In this document: positions 10,247 through 16,288 of the stretch, in pieces
How the letters are laid out: every line of letters begins with the position of its first letter
How positions within the stretch are numbered: the stretch's first letter is position 1
Notes under the pieces: model-generated
What the model was told of the DNA's origin: nothing
The model's database searches: none
Seen by the model: the letters and a program-made list of their open reading frames with translations, nothing else
Program-made: the position numbers and the translations under genes
Source of the DNA: Histomonas meleagridis 2922-C6/04-290x
Lineage: Eukaryota; Protista; Parabasalia
Reading direction: 5' to 3'
Assembly (NCBI GenBank): GCA_020184695.1
Contig: JAANOX010000137.1
Coordinates: forward strand, 1 to 16,288
Length of the DNA stretch: 16,288 nt

Positions 10247-10813
10247 TTATATAAGTTCGAAAGATTTAACACTAGGAATACAATTAGTAGAATCAGTAAC
10301 TGAAGTATAATTATATGAATCATTTAATTTATATACGTTACCTGTAATAAATACAGGACAGCCAATATCAAAATCATTTAATGTTAATGTTTCGTCTATC
10401 GGCGCATTATGCACAATAGTTTTATTAATCTGACCTCCACCACTACTTGATATAATAGCTTTTCTGTATGTATCATCTGATATATGCCAAAATCCTAATT
10501 CATTTTCATATGATGCTATACGCCAATTATACGTTCCGGGTACTTCTGTTGAATTATTATGAAAAACGAAATCTAAAAATCTTCCTGTTCTTAATACAGA
10601 ATTTTGATAAGGAACAATATCAGCAGGTTGATGAGTATGAGATGATGGAGTAAATGTTGATGGTTTATCAGTAATATCATTATAACTATGAGTATGTGTA
10701 TTTAAAGAAAAATTATCAACCAGTATATCATTAATAGAAATACAATTTATATTACCATCAATTCCATTGAAACTAATAACACCATCATTATTATCAAGTT
10801 TACCGAAATACAT
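10247..10813 (-). CDS. Fibre/spike-like protein A with phage tail-fibre repeat; C-terminally truncated relative to paralogue B
   Basis: Contains HTHSYNDITDKPSTFTPSSHTH (phage tail repeat-like) and a C-terminal module QINKTIVHNAPI...IGCPVFITGNVY...STNCIPSVK shared with 11687-12781. Confidence 0.6.
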   Translation of the reverse strand: MYFGKLDNNDGVISFNGIDGNINCISINDILVDNFSLNTHTHSYNDITDKPSTFTPSSHTHQPADIVPYQNSVLRTGRFLDFVFHNNSTEVPGTYNWRIASYENELGFWHISDDTYRKAIISSSGGGQINKTIVHNAPIDETLTLNDFDIGCPVFITGNVYKLNDSYNYTSVTDSTNCIPSVKSFELI

Positions 10814-11530
10814 AACATTGCTAACTGTTCCCCTTTTGTTCCCCTTTTTTGGCGGTTATTCCCACAATTTCCCACTTTTTGATTGTGATGTACTGACAAC
10901 CGCCCAAATAACAATTTTTTTAAAATTCCAAAAAATCCAAAAATTAAATATTAAATATTTATAATTTTTATACCAAACTATGATAAATTATGCAAAAAAA
11001 GACGTAAATGCACTATTAATTCCATATAATTATTAATTTTGATGTAATTATTGAGCATTAAAAATTTTATTTCTATTTTTAAAATTTATATATATGATTA
11101 AATTTCCCATCTATTAAAACATATAAACTTTAAATTTTATAAAAAAAATTGATTCTATGTTGATAAATATACTGACTTATTTTTAATTTTTTTCATGTTT
11201 CGACTTTTTGTATGATGTAAAATATTTCAAATAAATATTTTGATTTCGAAAGTGGCATCTTTGTAATTTCAATTAGAGAACGTTTACATGAAAATAGTTG
11301 ACCAAGTATGCATTCAAACACAAATATTTGTCAAAATATGTAGATTGTATTATTTATATCATTTAGCTAGATTGATCATAATTGAAATGCTTGTTTTGAT
11401 CGATCGAGCTCGCTTCAAATGTTTTTTTTTAATTATTCATCATTATTTCAAAACCATATAATCTTTTTGAACTATATGAAGAGATAATAATTGTGATTGA
11501 TTTTGATATGTGTTCACTACTCATGAGTAT

Positions 11531-11706
11531 TATGAATTAATTATTCATTATGTATATTAATTATTCATTATATATATTATATATTTATGATATATATTAT
11601 ATATTTATGATATATAATATATTTTCATGATATATAATATATATTTATGATATATATTATATATTTATGATATATATTATATATTTATGATATATATTAA
11701 TTATTC
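11531..11706. repeat. 20-bp AT-rich minisatellite, about 8.8 units (core TATATATTATATATTTATGA)
   Basis: Strict 20-nt period. Six full core-type units span 11571-11690, flanked by ...TTAATTATTCA variant units at 11531-11570 and 11691-11706. Confidence 0.95.
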
Positions 11707-12781
11707 AAATACAGAAGATATCCATTGTTCAACAATTAATAATTTTGCTCTAAATTCGGGACCTTCAGATTCAGATTTAGATATTAGTGTTCCTTCAATT
11801 GCAGTTATTAGAAACGATGATGTTTTAGAAACAGGTCCTTACATATATATGCATGCTAGTGATGGATATGAAACTGATTATAGTTGGATAATAACTGCAT
11901 TAAATGATTATTTTGAGATCATGCCAAAACAAGGTAATAAGTTTACTTTTTCATATGGAACGGGCATGCTCTTTTGTAATACAATAGCTTGCACTAATCT
12001 TTTCTATCCAATACAAACTAAAGGGATTAATAATTATGGAAATATAAAATCCAATACTGGTCAATTCACTAGTTTAGAATCTACTAAATTAACTTTATTT
12101 CACAGTATAATTGAAAAATCAGGTAATACATATCAATTATTATGAAGAATTTATGGATGTACACCGATTGCAGATGTAAAATATGAAAGATTATATTTTG
12201 AATCAGTAACACAAAAGAAACAAAGTAATGGTACTTTTCTTGATACATATAGTACAACATATCATATCGTAACTACATTTAATACATTTGAAGGAACTGG
12301 TGGTATTGCACAAATAAATACAACTATTATTCATAATGCTCCTGTTTCAGAAGATTTAACACAATTTCAAATTGGTTCACCTGTATTTTTAACAGGTAAT
12401 GTTTATGCGCTAACCAATGAAGGTAAATATGTTACAAATACTTCATCAACTGATTGTATTCCATCAGTTAAAACTACAGGTACTTATAAAGAATATTTAG
12501 GTATTTGTGTATCTAAACATGAAACTGGATATAAAGCTTCAATAGGTGATGTTATTAAAAGAGAAATAGAAATTTTACAAGATACTATTGATTTTGCTAC
12601 ACATGGAGATTTTTATTTTAGAGTAAATAATACTGCAGATTATGAAATTGGTGATGTAGTATTATTTGATAATAATAAATTATCAGATGATTTAGTAATA
12701 ACGACTAAAATATTAAATTCAATAGTTGGTAAAGTAACAGATAAAATAGATGAACATTTATTGAGTATATTTAAAGAATAA
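11687..12781 (+). pseudogene. Fibre/spike-like protein B (364 codons) with a single in-frame TGA at 12143-12145
   Basis: After the TGA the frame stays open for 211 more codons to TAA at 12779-12781. That part holds the module QINTTIIHNAPV...IGSPVFLTGNVY...STDCIPSVK homologous to 10247-10813, followed by KEYLGIC...DFATHGDF...YEIGDVV. Confidence 0.7.
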
Positions 12782-12818
12782 AAAAAAATATTTTATTTCA
12801 TTCTTATTTTATTTTAGA

Positions 12819-14483
12819 ATGGAAAAACGTGAACCAAAAAAAGAACCTATCATCAATAAATCATCAATAGATGAAGTACGACGATTAGCTCTACTTAATG
12901 ATGAAGGACCTAAAAAGCAGCCTATTTTTTACGAATTTTTAATGCAAAATTTAAAATTGATTTTTCGTAATCTAAAATTTGATTTATCATTAAATAATTT
13001 TTTAAAACTAATGGATAGTGCAACAAAATTTGTTAGAAATGGTATTCCAATATCACCAACATATATAATTCAACATAAGGCTATGTTAGAATATTATCAA
13101 ATCATTATTGATAGATTTATTATAATTTTTTTAAAAAAAACTCAACTTAATTAAAACCTAGATTTAAATGAATTTAAGAAATTAATTAATGATATTATCA
13201 AAAAATATAATATAGATTATATTGATGGACATATAGGTTTATATACATTAAATGAATATTATTACTATTATATATCTATTCTTCTACAATATACATTTTT
13301 AAAAATATTACCTCATAAAATATTTGCAAAAGAAGTAGAAAATGATTTTAAAAATGGGAAACCTAAAACTATACAAGAATTTATTAATTTCTTAATCACA
13401 AAATTAACTAACTCAAATATAACAGAAAATATTCCATTAGATTATGCTTATTCATTATATCTTTCATATTATTTTAATCATTTTAGACATGTAACTCCAA
13501 ATGAATTTTACCATATTTATGAAGATAAACAAAATATCAATACAGGTTTTAAAACTTTAAATAAAAATAAATATATATTTAAAGAATTAAATATATCTTA
13601 TAGTATTTATTATACAAATATAGGTAAAATAAAACCGAATATAAATTATTTTCCTTTCAAATTAAATAAAAAATATCGATTAAAATATATTGGAGGTAAT
13701 GGAGAATATCAAATGGATTTATTTTTTTCACATAGTGACGAATTTGAATATGATTATTGTTATTTATTAGTTGTGAAGGTACAAACTAGATTTTTATTTG
13801 GTACTTTTACTAATATTAATATAAACAATAAACATAGTAAAAAATCAATCGAAAGTGTAGCTAAAGCTTTATTTGAACTTTATAGTACAGGTTTATTTAA
13901 TCCTAAAATTATCCATTGTGATTCAGATAAAACATTTTTATCAAAACCTTTACAATATATTTCAAATCATTTAATTGGTACTAAAATAATTCATGTTAAA
14001 TGAATTATATTTGAAAATAAATCTTATTCTATACATTCATCTTTAGCTATAATTAATAGAATTTGTAGAACTATTAGAAGAGATATGGCTGATAATATGG
14101 GTTTGGACTATATTCAATTTCATGATATGAATAAAATTATACATAATTATAATTATACTTATCACAAAACATTATCTAAATTAAATCATAATAAAATTTC
14201 ACCAATAGAAGCTTTTAATCAAGGAAAATCTTTTGGTTTATCTTCACATAAATTAAATTATAATATTATGAAACAAAATAGATTTTATTTACCTCCTGGT
14301 ACAACAGTAACAGTTTATAACACAGATCAACTAAAAAAGAGATCAAAAATATTACCAGATATTTTTATAGTAGATAATTTCGAAAAAGGTAAATATAATA
14401 TTCATAATGAAAAAGGAATAAAAATGTCAGTACCAAGATATTTATTAAATCCTGTGCCTTATCCTATTAATTTTAATAAATAA
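12819..14483 (+). pseudogene. Retroviral-like (rve) integrase with ~290-aa N-terminal extension; in-frame TAA (13152-13154) and TGA (14001-14003)
   Basis: Track ORFs 12819-13154, 13713-14003 and 14085-14483 share one frame, with open sequence between them. Motifs: EYQMDLFF, IIHCDSDKTF, HSSLAIINRICRTIRRDM, YNYTYH, and an SH3-like C-terminus (KKR...VPRYLL). Confidence 0.85.
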
Positions 14484-15490
14484 ATACTTTTTCTAATGAG
14501 ATATTAAATTCATCCATTAATGTGTTATATTCTTTATTATATTGTGAACTAAAATCATATCCATTAATCTTAATTGAATTAACTTTTTTAATTGGATTTA
14601 CATGTTTTTAATAGTTCTTCTACTTTAGGAATTACCATTAATTTGTATAATGCAGCAGATAATTGAAGTATTGGACAATAACCCCTAATTCTTCCTTGAT
14701 ATTCACTATTACCTTCATATTTATCAACGAAAGTTTTATATGCATCTTTAACAAGTAAACTTGTAAATACTGCATTTGCTGACCTTCTTCTTGGAGTACT
14801 ATGTAATTTATAGATATTCATAACACCAGTATCTCTATAATAGTTATCATTAGCCCTTTTCACTGCTGCCCTAAAGTCATCATATGCAGAATTATATTCA
14901 ACAATTGGATCATCAAATGGTTTTTCATATTTTACTGTTCTTAATTCACTATCTAACCATTCATTGAAAGATTTAATCTTATTTCCATCTGCTACATGTC
15001 GTCTTCTTTGTGCAGGATTACCGTAATTATATTGTAAATATTCCGTATATGCTGTTTGGTAAGGATCTTGTTTTTTGACTGTCCATCCATTAACAAATTT
15101 AGCTCTTTTATGTTGATCTCTTATAATAATATCTGGAATTCCATCATCATTAATATCTTCTTGTTTTACTGACCAATGATATCTTGCATCTTTATTCTTA
15201 TTATGTTTGTTAACATATTCCAAAGCACCGTTATATGTTTGTGCATCTCTAACTTTTCTAACATCTTTTTTTAAATCAAGAATAAGATGTGCTAAAGCTT
15301 TCATATTCTCATCAATTAATGTACTATCAGCACCATGATATTTATAATGACTTAAATCATCATCAAAAATATATTTAGCATCACCCTCTGTAACATATCT
15401 TTTAGGTTCTTTTTTAATAATTGGTGGATATATACGTGAACCATCTTCATTTCGTGGTCTACGCGTTCCATATGTTACATCTTGTTGCAT
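14473..15490 (-). CDS. Unknown Maverick-associated protein (~340 aa) with a DxDxDG-like motif; probable +1 frameshift near 14607
   Basis: The 300-aa ORF contains EDINDDGIPDIII...FVNGW. Removing one base from the run at 14605-14609 extends the frame (KHVNPIKKVNSIKING...) to TAA at 14473-14475. TCATT lies at 15499-15503 upstream of the ATG. Confidence 0.7.
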
Positions 15491-15520
15491 TAAAAAAAAA
15501 TGATTTTAAAAAAAATTTTT

Positions 15521-16288
15521 TTATTCAATTTTTATATTTTGATTATTAACATCAATAATCATTTTTTTGATGACCAGTTAATTTTTGATAAACTGAATAA
15601 ATTTGATCTTTAGTATAAGGTAATGGTATTTGTTCAATCATATATCTTAATTGTTGTTTAGAGAAATTAGGAAATATAAATATAGTACTTACATTAGCTT
15701 TAACTTCAGCAGGTAAAGATTTCCAAAATTGAACAGCGAAAAATACAGAACATTGAATATGAGCTAATTTAGTAAATAATTGATTAAAAATAATTAGTAG
15801 GTTTTTTTAAATAAAGGACTATTAGCACAATCTTCAAAAAAATATTATAGTATGTAAAGTTAAATTATTAAAATTATTAATATATAATTTTTTTCAAATA
15901 ATTCAGATATTTGATTATCTACTATTTTATTTTTCCCAATGATTATTTTTTTAATTTCATTATAAAAATTGTTTCCATTTTAATATATCTTTAACTATAT
16001 CTTCTGCTTGATTTTTCAGCTACATATAAAGTTGGGATTTTAATTAAAGGTTTTAATGATTCAAATGTAGGATCGTTTTCTAATCCATTTTTATTAATAT
16101 AAATTAATAAATGAGTTCTAGGACTAATATTACTAATTTTAATAATTTCTCTAATTATACATTGAGTTTTCCCACTTCTTTGTCTACCTACTGCTATATT
16201 TAAAGAATTATAAGGTACATTCACTTCTGGATAAATTACACTTATTAATTCTTCATTTAATTTAGGTTTATTTTTACACACACACACA
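15521..16288 (-). pseudogene. A32/FtsK-HerA-like genome packaging ATPase (5' end outside the window; several +1 frameshifts)
   Basis: Walker A in NIAVGRQRSGKT. After frameshift correction, Walker B HTIIFFEDC (~15825-15855) and motif FFAVQFWKSLP (~15715-15750) appear, and the frame ends IKIE* at 15521-15523. Confidence 0.88.

Larger units (their letters stand above)
1..16288. mobile_element. Maverick/Polinton-like endogenous dsDNA virus (interrupted copy; termini not seen in the window)
   Basis: Protein-primed PolB, rve-type integrase, A32-like packaging ATPase and a capsid-like gene occur together with very short intergenic spacers. This gene set defines Polintons/Mavericks. No TIR or TSD could be identified. 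Confidence 0.88.

Noticed and set aside
10468-10964. Plus-strand track ORFs 10468-10653 and 10767-10964
   Set aside because: They are short, lie antisense to fibre gene A or in AT-rich spacer, and show no protein-like motif.
10046-11521. ACTACT hexamers (10046-10051, 11516-11521) as Polinton termini
   Set aside because: There is no matching long inverted repeat or 6-bp target-site duplication in the window, and such hexamers occur by chance.
11531-11706. CRISPR array
   Set aside because: The units are contiguous with no unique spacers, there are no cas genes, and the context is eukaryotic.
1-16288. Simple ciliate-type code (TAA/TAG=Gln, only TGA stop) or mitochondrial-type code (TGA=Trp)
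   Set aside because: Most genes clearly end in TAA followed by non-coding sequence, CAA and TGG are the usual Gln and Trp codons, and neither single reassignment removes all internal stops.
1-16288. Adenain-like protease and minor capsid (penton) genes
   Set aside because: No convincing motifs were seen. They may lie outside the window or be unrecognisable among the orphan ORFs.

Overview
This very AT-rich eukaryotic window is almost entirely a Maverick/Polinton-type endogenous DNA virus, and no element ends are visible. Manual translation across stops and frameshifts recovers four hallmark genes: a protein-primed family B DNA polymerase (minus, about 56-3097, with Exo I/II/III and Pol A/B/C motifs), a probable major capsid protein (minus, 6176-7777), a retroviral-like integrase (plus, 12819-14483) and an A32/FtsK-like packaging ATPase (minus, 15521 to the window end). 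Accessory content includes a threefold-repeated unknown domain that may be fused to PolB, a Trp/Lys-rich amphipathic protein, two divergently oriented fibre-like paralogues with phage tail-fibre motifs, a DxDxDG-motif protein, several orphan ORFs, a 91-nt hairpin followed by T20 and a 20-bp minisatellite. Most genes are broken by +1 insertions (mostly in homopolymers) and by isolated in-frame TAA/TGA codons. The copy is therefore decayed, affected by sequencing error, or both. TCA(Y)(W) initiator motifs and TAAA stop contexts suggest a trichomonad (parabasalid) host, which is an inference. All alignments were done by eye and no database searches were run.
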